Assembly (NCBI GenBank): GCA_965218625.1
Contig: CBDCLG010000014.1
Span: 30,188 to 94,187 of the forward strand
Direction of reading: 5' to 3'
DNA length: 64,000 bases
DNA from: Caldilineaceae bacterium
GTDB taxonomy: Bacteria > Chloroflexota > Anaerolineae > Caldilineales > Caldilineaceae
In this document: in pieces, positions 17,911 through 26,282 of the stretch
How positions within the stretch are numbered: position 1 is the stretch's first letter
Layout: every line of letters begins with the position of its first letter
Made by a program: the position numbers and the translations under genes
Notes under the pieces: generated by a model
Databases searched by the model: none
What the model was told of the DNA's origin: nothing
What the model saw: the letters and a program-made list of their open reading frames with translations, nothing else

Positions 17911-18507
17911 TCATTCTGAGGGTGTGTTTTGCCGTTCAGTCCTGAAGTACTCGCGGGCGATGCGGCGCCGCGCCCGTTCGGCGGCCTCTTCGTTGTAGCC
18001 ATCGTTGAGAATAAAGGAAGCCATCTCCCGCCAGTTGAAAGGCTGGCCAGCGGCAGCCAGCATTCGAAAGAGTCGCGCAAGCAGCGAACGCAGGATCGGC
18101 CCGCGAGCGGTCAACAGGCGATTCAGGCGTGACTCGCTGTAGTAGGCGGCGGTGCGCTGACTATCGCCGCCGCAGTAGAGAGCCCGGCCGACTGGCATCT
18201 CAAAGTCATGTGCTGTGCGGCCGTCGCCCGAGCCGGTCGGAGTCATCACTGCAATGCCATGCAGGATGAGCGCCCACTTGTCCTCAATCTTCTGGCTGCC
18301 CAGCAACTCGTGCTGGGCCAGCAGGCGCCAGACAACCGCCGCGTCGGGCGCGTTGGGGTCCATGCGCCGAAGTTCGGCCAGGTCCCGGCGAAGAAAGTTT
18401 TCGTTGGCCATTTCATGGGCAAGAGAGACAGCGATCACTCCCCAACTCGCGGGCCGGCGCTTGCGTGTTGGCGGGCTGCCGCTGTCAACAGTATCAGTTG
18501 TCATCAT
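17911..18507 (-). CDS. cse2: Cse2 (CasB, Cas11e small subunit)
   Basis: 198-aa, Arg-rich helical protein between cse1 and cas7. Its start overlaps the cse1 stop (ATGA at 18504-18507). Confidence 0.8.
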   Translation of the reverse strand: MMTTDTVDSGSPPTRKRRPASWGVIAVSLAHEMANENFLRRDLAELRRMDPNAPDAAVVWRLLAQHELLGSQKIEDKWALILHGIAVMTPTGSGDGRTAHDFEMPVGRALYCGGDSQRTAAYYSESRLNRLLTARGPILRSLLARLFRMLAAAGQPFNWREMASFILNDGYNEEAAERARRRIAREYFRTERQNTPSE

Positions 18508-20093
18508 TCCTCATCTCCTTCATCTGGATTGTCAAAAAGGAAGGGCAATCCCTGCGCCCCCCGGATTCTTCCTTCGAAGAGACTTTCGGCGTTGGCGCGG
18601 GCGCGATAGCGGTGGATGGCGGGACAGGGCAGCGCCTCCTGGGCCTCCTGCAGGATTCTGCGCGCCCGGCTGATGGTGCCGTTCTCGTCATTCAGCAGCC
18701 ACTCTCGGCGGATGCGGCGGCGCGCTCCGCTGTCCTCGCTTTCAAACTCGGCCTGTAAGCCCTCGAAGAAGCGGGCATCAACGAACTCGTCGAGCCTGTT
18801 GAGCCAGGGGCGGGCAAGGACGCGATGTTCAGGGCTGACATTGGTGCTATCGCCCCGGGCCGCGAAGACCTGAATCGCGTGGCTGAGGATGCGCTGGAGC
18901 GTGCCGATGTTTTCGATGCGCTCCCGCGCTACGCGGCCCAGTTCATCCATGCTCTCGCGCCGCATCAGCGCCCTCTTGGCTTTGGCGCCGATTGGGATGA
19001 TGCGTTCGTAATAGCCTTCGGTCTTGCCCTGCCCCCTCACCAACGCACGCGCAAGAAGCAGGGTCGGCGCGGACGAGGTTTTTTCGGAGTTGGTTGGTCG
19101 CAAGAGAGCGGGCTGCTCCCAGTTCGCGGAAGTGAGGTATTCGATCACTCTCCTGTAGGTAAATCCTCCGCTGGCAAGAGTCAGAGCTTTATTCTCCTTT
19201 GTGTTGACGGGCATCCAGGGGTCGCCGGTGACGCCGTTCAGGTTTTTTGCTTCGATCCGGGCTGCTTTCGAGCTCGTTCTGAGAGCATACAGACGGCCGG
19301 CAGGGTCAAGACATAAGCGAATGCGCCGGCAGATCTCGATATAGTACGGATTTAACTGGTCTGAGAGCAATGACTCGCTCTTGGTCCCGTCCCATGGGCG
19401 GGTCCACAGGAGCGAGATGCCATCCTCGATCATGGGATAGTCGGCGACCAAGGAGGCGTGCGTCTCGAACAGCCTGGCTATGTCACGGCGCAAATGGGCT
19501 CCGGGTCTTGTGGAAGGTGTGAGCGAGAAGGCTGCCCGGCTGCCCAACCCGCCGTTCATCTTCGAGATCCCGTAGTTGCCGGCGCCACTGAAGCCCTCCA
19601 TCGTCTGCAGCGTGATCAGGGCGAAGATCCAGTCGTCCGCTTCAGCCTGTGCGGCCACAGCTGACTTGATGTCGTGATTCTTGGAAAGAACCAGCATATC
19701 CAAAGCATCGGGAGTTGGGACAGGGGTCTTGTAATCCTTCAGCTTATCGTCCGACCTTGCCGGCGGCTGCATAAAGGCGGGGCGGGTGATTTCTTCAATC
19801 ACCAGGCGCCATGGCTCGTCATCCGGGAATTCCGGGGTCAGGCCGCGGATCAACTCCAGCCACTGCCCTGGATCTTTCGGCGGCTCGCTCATCCCTGCCT
19901 TGTGCAGTGCCATTACGCCCAGCTGGACGAGGAAAGCGTGCCAGGCGTGGCGCTGGTGGGGCCTGAGCGCGGGGAATGCGGTTACCTGATCCTGAATCAT
20001 CAAGGCAAAGGTTTCCGGCAAAGTCGCGTGGGCTAGCGACCCACCTGATGTAGTGATTCTTATGATAGGATCCATCAGGATGTTATCAACCAC
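18504..20093 (-). CDS. cse1: Cse1 (CasA, Cas8e large subunit)
   Basis: 529 aa, first gene of the Cascade operon. GTG start at 20093 with AAGGAGG ~10 nt upstream. Size and position fit Cas8e. Confidence 0.85.
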   Translation of the reverse strand: MVDNILMDPIIRITTSGGSLAHATLPETFALMIQDQVTAFPALRPHQRHAWHAFLVQLGVMALHKAGMSEPPKDPGQWLELIRGLTPEFPDDEPWRLVIEEITRPAFMQPPARSDDKLKDYKTPVPTPDALDMLVLSKNHDIKSAVAAQAEADDWIFALITLQTMEGFSGAGNYGISKMNGGLGSRAAFSLTPSTRPGAHLRRDIARLFETHASLVADYPMIEDGISLLWTRPWDGTKSESLLSDQLNPYYIEICRRIRLCLDPAGRLYALRTSSKAARIEAKNLNGVTGDPWMPVNTKENKALTLASGGFTYRRVIEYLTSANWEQPALLRPTNSEKTSSAPTLLLARALVRGQGKTEGYYERIIPIGAKAKRALMRRESMDELGRVARERIENIGTLQRILSHAIQVFAARGDSTNVSPEHRVLARPWLNRLDEFVDARFFEGLQAEFESEDSGARRRIRREWLLNDENGTISRARRILQEAQEALPCPAIHRYRARANAESLFEGRIRGAQGLPFLFDNPDEGDEE

Positions 20094-20122
20094 TTGACAT
20101 TGACCTCCTTACTGCGATACTC

Positions 20123-20333
20123 TGCCTCCGAAAACGTAGAGACTTTGTAAATGAAGTATGGACAACTTCAGTCTCTATCGAAGAGTGGCTGCTATTGTAC
20201 GTCATACCAATGTCGAATTGTGACCCTGCAGGACAGAAGTGCCTCCGACACTGCCTGGACAAGGAGATTCGTGAAACTTCCTGGATCGTTTTTTCCCAGA
20301 CGAGAATCTGCTCCACAGTAGAATTGCCTCCGA
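20123..20333. repeat. Three dispersed copies of the 9-mer TGCCTCCGA (TCGGAGGCA on the cas-operon strand)
   Basis: Exact copies at 20123-20131, 20240-20248 and 20325-20333, all within the 250 bp between the mini-CRISPR target site and the cse1 start. Flanks are not similar. Confidence 0.6.
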
Positions 20334-20343
20334 GAGGATTAGG

Positions 20344-20379
20344 GGACATAAAGGGTTCGTTCCATTAGACTAAGTATTT
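20344..20379 (-). promoter_or_regulatory. Partial protospacer for the mini-CRISPR spacer, with AA(A) 5' flank; candidate Cascade operator
   Basis: The minus strand from 20376 down reads TACTTAGTCTAATGGAA... versus spacer GACTTACTCTAACGGAA.... Positions 2-17 match 14/16. The flank at 20377-20379 reads AAA on the minus strand. A TATAAT-like TCTAAT (20369-20364, minus) lies inside it. Confidence 0.55.
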
Positions 20380-20477
20380 AACAAACTTGATCGCTGAACA
20401 GGGTAGCATATTGGATGGTCAGCTGTCAACAGTAAACAAGCCTCAGTCGCCGATCGCTAACGAAACGCAAACAATAG

Positions 20478-20566
20478 TACTGCCCCGTACATGCGGGGAT
20501 AGACCGACTTACTCTAACGGAATCTCGAACAAGAGAAACATTTCCCCGCACACGCGGGGTTATATG
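20478..20566 (+). CRISPR. Degenerate one-spacer mini-CRISPR (psiR-psiS-psiR), inverted relative to the main array; CreR/CreA-like candidate
   Basis: psiR1 is at 20478-20505 (TACTGCCCCGTACATGCGGGGATAGACC; 22/28 to the crRNA-sense repeat, handle ATAGACC intact, hairpin kept through a G-U pair). The spacer is at 20506-20538/9. psiR2 is at 20540-20566 (ATTTCCCCGCACACGCGGGGTTATATG; hairpin perfect, handle lost). The repeat-to-repeat period of 61 nt equals that of the main array. Confidence 0.7.
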
Positions 20567-20613
20567 GGGTGCCAGCCCTGCGTGTCAAGAGTTACCTTAT
20601 ACAAGCTCCGCCA

Positions 20614-23340
20614 TTAGAGCCGCGATAACCCCAGGCGGTCGTAGCGGAAACGCCTGTCTCCAATCCTGAACTCTATTCCACCTTCGTTGGCCGTCCAGGG
20701 GACCGGATCCTCACCCGTAAGTCCATGCGCCATGCGGCCGGGGATCACGATCTGCTCAATTGTGTAGTCGTCGGCAAAGGGGCTGGGGGCTGCCGGCTCC
20801 AGGCCGATCTCTACGCCCTCATCCCCCAGCCTCGTGCGAATCCTCATCTCCGCATCGGGGAATACGACATCGCGATTGTCCTCGTAGAAGGATCTGTCCC
20901 AGCGCAAGATCACCTGCGTGGCGGTCAGGTTGTCAGCGATGAAGGCGCCCTCAATTCTATTAGCGTGCTCGGCCCAGTCCTCTCCCATTCCTGCAGAGAT
21001 GGCGTTGAGGACATCAGGATGTGTGGCGCGTTCAACCAGTTGCCGGTTCATCTGGGGGATAATCCAGGGCGAACCGGCGGCTGCATGTTCATCGATTAGC
21101 CGCCTCGTGGCCTCCAGGATGCGTAGGTCTTCGTAGACGAAGCCATTCGGACCGAGGCCGTTGGTATCTCGTCTGCGTGTAAGCAAGGGCGAGAGATCGG
21201 CATCAGTCGGTACCAGAACGAGGCAAGCAGGGCGGCGATAGTTTTCGGGGCGGTCGGTGCGTTGGTGCCGGTGGAGTCTGCCGATCCGCTGCAGCAGGAC
21301 ATCCATCGGGCAAAGATCCGTGATCAGCAGGTCGGCATCGATGTCCAGCGACTGTTCCAGCGTCTGCGTTCCGACGACTATGCGTCCTCCGGGTTTCCGC
21401 TTCCTGCCGATCTGTTCCTCCACCGCTTCGTCCAGGTGTCTGCGGTCCTCGGCTGCATACCTGCCGTGGTGGGTAGCGGGCACGCCGTTGCAGGTGAAGA
21501 GCAATCCGGATTCTGCTGAATCTTCCTGCACCGTCCGGGCCATCTCCTCCACGGCGTGCTGGGTCTGAACCGCGTGCCCCACGGTATTTCGGATGATGAG
21601 AATCTTGGCCCCAAGCCGCGCTGCCGCGACCGCGCGCTCCGCCACCGAGGCAAACTCCTCCATTTCTGCTATTGCTTCAACCTGAACCGTCTTGCTCCGG
21701 CCGCCCTCTCCCACCTTGATAAGCTGTTCTTGCTTCTCCCCACGCGTTGTGATGGCCGGGTAGCGGGCCGCGATTGCTTCGTCCAGCGAGATGCTGTCGC
21801 CAGCAGCAACCCGACCAGGCGCAGACAGTCGCTGCCGGGCAACCGAACCGAGGGTGGCCGACATAAGACAGGCGTAGCCGCCGGCGCCTAGATGGGCTTC
21901 CAGCAGGTGTTCAAGGATAGCGCGCATATATTGATCTGAAGCGTGGACCTCGTCGACCACCAACAGACTGCGGGCCAGGCAAGCTGCGCGCACATGCGCG
22001 TGACGCACCTGCAAGGCAGCCATCATCGCCTGGTCGATCGTTCCCACCGCGATCTGGGCCGCCAGGAAGCGCTTGGCGCTCTCTGCCGCCCAGCGGCGCT
22101 TGATAACCGCGTCGCCGGCACTGTGCTGGTCATCCCACAATACTTCGAACCGTGGAAGGCGTTGACCCGTGGCAGAGCCGACCTGCAGGTGGCCGGGAAC
22201 TGCCAAGACAACTTCAGGTGTGTTGCCATCTGGATACATATTGCGGACGAAATTCGTTACGCGCTTATGTATCTGTGTCGCTGCCGTGCGGGTCGGGAGG
22301 GCGAAGTAAAGGCCGTCGACGAGACCCGCCTGAAACATGCGGCCAAAGCGCCACAGAGCCGCCTCGGTCTTGCCCGACCCTGTCTCCGATTCAATGATGA
22401 TTAACTGTTCGTCCAATGGGAGATTCACGGTCTTCGTCTGCATGGCGTTGGGAACACCATCAATATCGAACAGCGCCGCAAAATCGGGCAACTCCTGTAA
22501 AGCGCTTCGCTGTTTCTCAAGATTCAAACCGATTTCTGAGACTGCCTTTCTGGCCCGCCCACGCGCCCTTTGGATGTAATCCTCCAGGGGCCGGTCACAG
22601 AATTCGAAGAGCCGGTCATCGGAGCCAAGCCAGTCTGCCAACGTGCACAGACCGAGGAACATGTGCTGAAAGGCAGGGGCAGACGGCAAAGGTGCGGCTC
22701 CAACTGCAAAGGCGGCAGGAAACCAGTTGCGTACCAGCCGGAAGATGTGTTTGAGACAGTGGCGCGGGTTGATGTTTCCTATGGGCCGCCAACCGGCTGG
22801 ATTGGCTGCGTAGTTGGCGGAGAGATTAAGCGGAGAGCCATGATGTGAAAGCGCTGCGACCAGCAGGCCGCTTGCAGTTGCCCCGCCTTCGTTGTCCCAT
22901 TCCAAAAGTCCTGCGGCTTCCAGCTCATCCGAAAACCACTCCGCCGTCTTGTCGTCTTTCCACTCCAGCACAGGCACGAGGTCCGTGATGTGTCCCATAC
23001 GCGGCGGTTTTCTGCTGTTCTGGGGGAAATCTTCGTTCCGCCAGATCTGCGTCTGAAAGCCGATATTCACCTTGCCAATATCATGCAGCGCGACGAGCAC
23101 ACACAGCCGCGCGACCGTCACCGCATCAAGGTCATCCAGATTGGCGGTTCGGGCAAGTCGTTTGCGGATTGTGGGCTGCTCCAGCAAGGCCTCGAAGCAG
23201 GCCGCCACATCGGCAAGATGGTGCTCGAGCAGGTGTATGCGCTCATTGTCCGTTCTGTCTGCCTTTCCCCAATGTCGCTGCGTGTAAACAGGAGGAGTCC
23301 TGGCTTTCATCTTTCTTTTGCCCCCGGCTAAGTTATACAA
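20614..23340 (-). CDS. cas3: Cas3 HD nuclease / SF2 helicase (I-E)
   Basis: 908 aa. N-terminal HD motifs (LLEHHL..., LHDIGKVN), Walker A (SETGSGKTEAAL), DEVH box (LLVVDEVHASD) and a C-terminal domain. Confidence 0.95.
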   Translation of the reverse strand: MYNLAGGKRKMKARTPPVYTQRHWGKADRTDNERIHLLEHHLADVAACFEALLEQPTIRKRLARTANLDDLDAVTVARLCVLVALHDIGKVNIGFQTQIWRNEDFPQNSRKPPRMGHITDLVPVLEWKDDKTAEWFSDELEAAGLLEWDNEGGATASGLLVAALSHHGSPLNLSANYAANPAGWRPIGNINPRHCLKHIFRLVRNWFPAAFAVGAAPLPSAPAFQHMFLGLCTLADWLGSDDRLFEFCDRPLEDYIQRARGRARKAVSEIGLNLEKQRSALQELPDFAALFDIDGVPNAMQTKTVNLPLDEQLIIIESETGSGKTEAALWRFGRMFQAGLVDGLYFALPTRTAATQIHKRVTNFVRNMYPDGNTPEVVLAVPGHLQVGSATGQRLPRFEVLWDDQHSAGDAVIKRRWAAESAKRFLAAQIAVGTIDQAMMAALQVRHAHVRAACLARSLLVVDEVHASDQYMRAILEHLLEAHLGAGGYACLMSATLGSVARQRLSAPGRVAAGDSISLDEAIAARYPAITTRGEKQEQLIKVGEGGRSKTVQVEAIAEMEEFASVAERAVAAARLGAKILIIRNTVGHAVQTQHAVEEMARTVQEDSAESGLLFTCNGVPATHHGRYAAEDRRHLDEAVEEQIGRKRKPGGRIVVGTQTLEQSLDIDADLLITDLCPMDVLLQRIGRLHRHQRTDRPENYRRPACLVLVPTDADLSPLLTRRRDTNGLGPNGFVYEDLRILEATRRLIDEHAAAGSPWIIPQMNRQLVERATHPDVLNAISAGMGEDWAEHANRIEGAFIADNLTATQVILRWDRSFYEDNRDVVFPDAEMRIRTRLGDEGVEIGLEPAAPSPFADDYTIEQIVIPGRMAHGLTGEDPVPWTANEGGIEFRIGDRRFRYDRLGLSRL

Positions 23341-23515
23341 GGATTTCAGGGTACTAAAGGACTTCTGCTGTGAGAAAAAGTGCCGAGGGCCGACCGAAGT
23401 AGAAATGACGCCACCTCCCCCACCTTGACACCGCCGCGCCGGGCGTGTACCGTATTCCGGCGGGGGTCAACTATGCGTCCGGCGGACGGGCTGGAGCGAC
23501 TGAGGGGGCGGCATT

Positions 23516-24505
23516 ATGTCACACAAGCGGAGGGTTTTCGTTCTGGCGGCGGGCGTGGCGCTGCTGTTGGCGCTGGGCGTTTCGCAGCTGCAGGCGCAGT
23601 CGCCGCTGACGCTGGAGGGGCTGTCGGAGCGGATCAGCGAGTTGGCGCGCACGGTGTCGACGCTGCGCAGGAACAGCGCGACGAAGAGCGAGGTCAGAGC
23701 GGTCACAAACCAGGTCGCGACACTGGAAGCGCGGCTGGACGAGACGCCCACGGCGACGCCGACCCCCGAAGCGCCGACGGCAACGGCAACGCCGACCGGG
23801 ACGCCGGCGGCAACCGCGACAGCAACATTGACGGCCACGCCGCTCGCGGCCAGGGAAAGGTCGACGCAGGATGTCGCCTTTGTTACGACGAGGGGCAGGA
23901 TGAATATCCGCAGCGGGCCGGGCACGAACTACGAGATCGCGGGCACGGTCGGGGCCGGCACGCGGCTGGCCATCACGGGCAAGAACGAAGCCGGCGGCTG
24001 GTGGCGCGTCGACTTCCAGGGCGAGCACGCCTGGATCTACGCGCCCTTTGTGGATGCAACCAACGGCGAGACGGTCGAGGTGGTGGTCACGCCGGCGCTG
24101 CCGACGCCGGCGCCGGCGCCGCAACCGACGGCAACGCCGTTCGTTGCGGGCAGCAACGATGACCTTGCGCTCTATCTGCTCGAAAAGGACAACGAGCCAA
24201 CGGCCAGCCTGCAGGAGGAGTGGAACGCCATGAGCCAGCAGGAGCGGGATGAGCTGGTGCAGACCGGCAGAGTCATGCTCGAGACAACGGCCGAATACTG
24301 CAACATGCCGGCGGCGGACACGGCGGAGATGATCGACCAATACGGGCAGCGCCTGGACGACGCCGGCTGGTCGGCCGGCCAGGGGACAAGGGCCAGGGCG
24401 GCGCTGATGCTGATGCTGAACTCGACTGGAGAGGCTGACAGTTCGCGCGCAGGCTGCGAGGCCTGGCTGAACGATGCAGTGAATACGCAGATCGCCAACC
24501 AGTAG
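23516..24505 (+). CDS. Secreted protein with bacterial SH3 (SH3b) domain and Thr/Pro/Ala-rich linkers
   Basis: Signal-peptide-like N-terminus (RRVFVLAAGVALLLALGVSQLQAQ). The SH3b-like block is MNIRSGPGTNYEIAGTV..G..L.I.G....GWWRV.F.G..AWIYAPFV. Confidence 0.7.
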   Translation: MSHKRRVFVLAAGVALLLALGVSQLQAQSPLTLEGLSERISELARTVSTLRRNSATKSEVRAVTNQVATLEARLDETPTATPTPEAPTATATPTGTPAATATATLTATPLAARERSTQDVAFVTTRGRMNIRSGPGTNYEIAGTVGAGTRLAITGKNEAGGWWRVDFQGEHAWIYAPFVDATNGETVEVVVTPALPTPAPAPQPTATPFVAGSNDDLALYLLEKDNEPTASLQEEWNAMSQQERDELVQTGRVMLETTAEYCNMPAADTAEMIDQYGQRLDDAGWSAGQGTRARAALMLMLNSTGEADSSRAGCEAWLNDAVNTQIANQ

Positions 24506-24576
24506 GGGACCGCCTCCCGCCTGGCGCGTGACGCTTTGCCGCGGCCGCGGGCCGGGCGGGGCAATGGCGGTGTGAT

Positions 24577-24610
24577 GCCGCTACCGCTACCGCTGCCGCT
24601 ACTGCTGCTG
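24577..24610. repeat. Imperfect hexanucleotide microsatellite (RCCGCT)x5-6 spanning the stop codon of the VOC gene
   Basis: GCCGCT ACCGCT ACCGCT GCCGCT ACTGCT GCTG. The minus strand reads CAG CAG CAG TAG CGG CAG CGG TAG CGG TAG. Confidence 0.7.
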
Positions 24611-25027
24611 GGGCTGCACGAACTCGATGAGGAGTCCGTCGGGGTCGCGGACGCAGACGACACCGGCGGCGTCGAGCGCGGCGTAGGGTTCGGCCAGCGG
24701 CTCGACGCCGTGGCGCTTCAGCTCCGCGACGGTCTCGTCAATATCCTCGACGAGCAGGGTAAGCCAGTTCACACCCGACGAAAACTCAGCGGAAAGCGGG
24801 GGCGGCGGCGACGCGATCTCGGCCAGCTTGATCAGCGTGTCGCCGGCCTTCACGCGCACCTGGCGGAACCCGCGCGGGGCCAGGCCGACGTTCTGGGCCA
24901 GCTCGTCGGAGATGTGGAGCTCGAAGGCGATCTCGAGGCCCAGGATTTCATGATAGAAGCGGAGCGATTTTTCGAAGTCGCTGCAGATGATGGCGATGTC
25001 GACGACCGGATGGATCAGTTTGACCAT
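24599..25027 (-). CDS. VOC (glyoxalase/bleomycin-resistance/dioxygenase) family protein
   Basis: 142 aa from MVKLIHPVVDIAIICSDFEKSLRFYHEILGL... The paired beta-alpha-beta-beta-beta pattern and the ...VCVRDPDGLLIEF tail are typical of VOC proteins. ATG at 25027. Confidence 0.75.
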   Translation of the reverse strand: MVKLIHPVVDIAIICSDFEKSLRFYHEILGLEIAFELHISDELAQNVGLAPRGFRQVRVKAGDTLIKLAEIASPPPPLSAEFSSGVNWLTLLVEDIDETVAELKRHGVEPLAEPYAALDAAGVVCVRDPDGLLIEFVQPQQQ

Positions 25028-25265
25028 GGCGATACCGTGTTCTGCCGCGATGGAGCAGACACGCCTCCTTTGCAGGTGAACGATCTTTGCTGGCTTGATG
25101 GGAAACTGTGCGCTGACGGCAAAGGCGGTGACTTTACAGGCGGCGACGTCATGGGCGGTGAATTCGTGGGCGCCGCCGGATACGACGGTTGACCGCTGCG
25201 GCGTTCTGGCCGGATTTTGGGGCGGATGCAGCTTTGTCGCGCCATGCCGCGGGCGTTCCTTGTGT

Positions 25266-26198
25266 TCAGATGAGAACGTTCTGCAAGACGCCGATTGCCA
25301 GCGCAAGACCTTTGGTGGCCTCTATGAGCGGGTCCTCCTGCTCGATTGAGAGGACATCGTCGTAGCCGGCCTGGCGCAGGGCGCTGACGAATGCGCGCCA
25401 GGTGAACTCGTCGTGTCCGAAGCCGACCGTGCGGAAGAGCCAGCTGCGGCCCTCCTGCTGCGGGAACAGCCCGTTGTCGAGAACGCCGTTTACGCGCACG
25501 TGCTGGGCGTCGAGACAGCTGTCCTTGACGTGGACGTGGTAGATGGCGTCGCCGAGGGCGCGCACGACCTCGCTGATATCCACACCCTGCCAGAAGAGAT
25601 GGGAGGGGTCAAGGTTGCAGCCGACGACCGGCCCGACCTCGGCGCGCAGGCGCAGCAGCGTTGCAGGGTTGTAGACCATGTCGCCGGCGAGCATCTCGAA
25701 GCAGAGGCGGACGCCGTGGTCGGCGGCGATCCGGCCGTGCTCCTGCCAGTAGGGGATGAGCCGTTCCTGCCACTGCCAGAGGTACATATCCCGGTTGCGG
25801 GCGGGGAAGGTGGAGAGAATCCAGTTGGGCGCGCGGTCGCCGGGGGTTGCTTCGGGCAGGCCGGCGATGAGGGTGATGCGGGTGACGCCGAGCTGCGCCG
25901 CCAGCGTACAGGCGTCGCGGAACTCGCGGTCGTAGTTTGCGGCGACGTTCGGATCGGGGTGGAGAGGCTCGCCGTGCATGGCAAAGGCGCTGATGGTCAG
26001 CCCGGATGCGGCCAGGGTTTTGCGAAACCGGTCGAGGGCGGACGGGTCGGCCAGCAGGAGAGCCGGGTCGCAATGGTTCCTGGAGAAGATGCCGCCAGCG
26101 CCGATCTCGACAGATTTCAGCCCCAGCTGTTCGATTGTGCGGGCGACTTCGGGCAGAGGCCGGTCGGTCAACCCGGTCAATACGGCTCCGAGGTGCAT
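25266..26198 (-). CDS. Sugar phosphate isomerase/epimerase (xylose isomerase-like TIM barrel)
   Basis: 310 aa, with ...GLKSVEIGAGG..., ...HVKD... and ...SIEQED motifs typical of the AP_endonuc_2/TIM-barrel family. Confidence 0.8.
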   Translation of the reverse strand: MHLGAVLTGLTDRPLPEVARTIEQLGLKSVEIGAGGIFSRNHCDPALLLADPSALDRFRKTLAASGLTISAFAMHGEPLHPDPNVAANYDREFRDACTLAAQLGVTRITLIAGLPEATPGDRAPNWILSTFPARNRDMYLWQWQERLIPYWQEHGRIAADHGVRLCFEMLAGDMVYNPATLLRLRAEVGPVVGCNLDPSHLFWQGVDISEVVRALGDAIYHVHVKDSCLDAQHVRVNGVLDNGLFPQQEGRSWLFRTVGFGHDEFTWRAFVSALRQAGYDDVLSIEQEDPLIEATKGLALAIGVLQNVLI

Positions 26199-26282
26199 TT
26201 TTCATTCCTCCTTGGGCAACGCGGTTGCGCTGCGTCCTATCCGCCGGCGGGCGGGTGTCGGGCCCGGCATGCGCGGCCGGCT

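Noticed and set aside
20099-20116. ATTGACCTCCTTACTGCG resembles the psiR1-handle/spacer junction ATAGACCGACTTACTCTA (12/15)
   Set aside because: Only 6 contiguous spacer nucleotides match, with no AA flank. The match is largely explained by the cse1 SD (CCTCCTT). Probably chance.
20086-20349. 87-aa minus-strand ORF in the cas3-cse1 spacer
   Set aside because: Low-GC, rare-codon-rich, no family resemblance, and it ends inside the cse1 SD/start region. Not called as a protein gene. It is kept only as part of the candidate regulated transcript (see finding).
20387-20617. 76-aa + strand ORF (MIAEQGSILDG...TCGDRPTYSNG...SPHTRGYMG)
   Set aside because: It reads straight through the two psi-repeats of the mini-CRISPR, has a TTG start with no SD, and is non-protein-like. 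It was used only to verify coordinates.
20603-20630. Possible third psi-repeat (…GCGATAACC) about one period after psiR2
   Set aside because: It is 3 nt out of phase, has no hairpin, and lies inside the cas3 coding sequence and stop region.
23357-23368. AAG followed by GACTT (first 5 nt of the mini-CRISPR spacer) upstream of cas3
   Set aside because: Pairing stops after 5 nt. An 8-nt coincidence is expected by chance at this scale.
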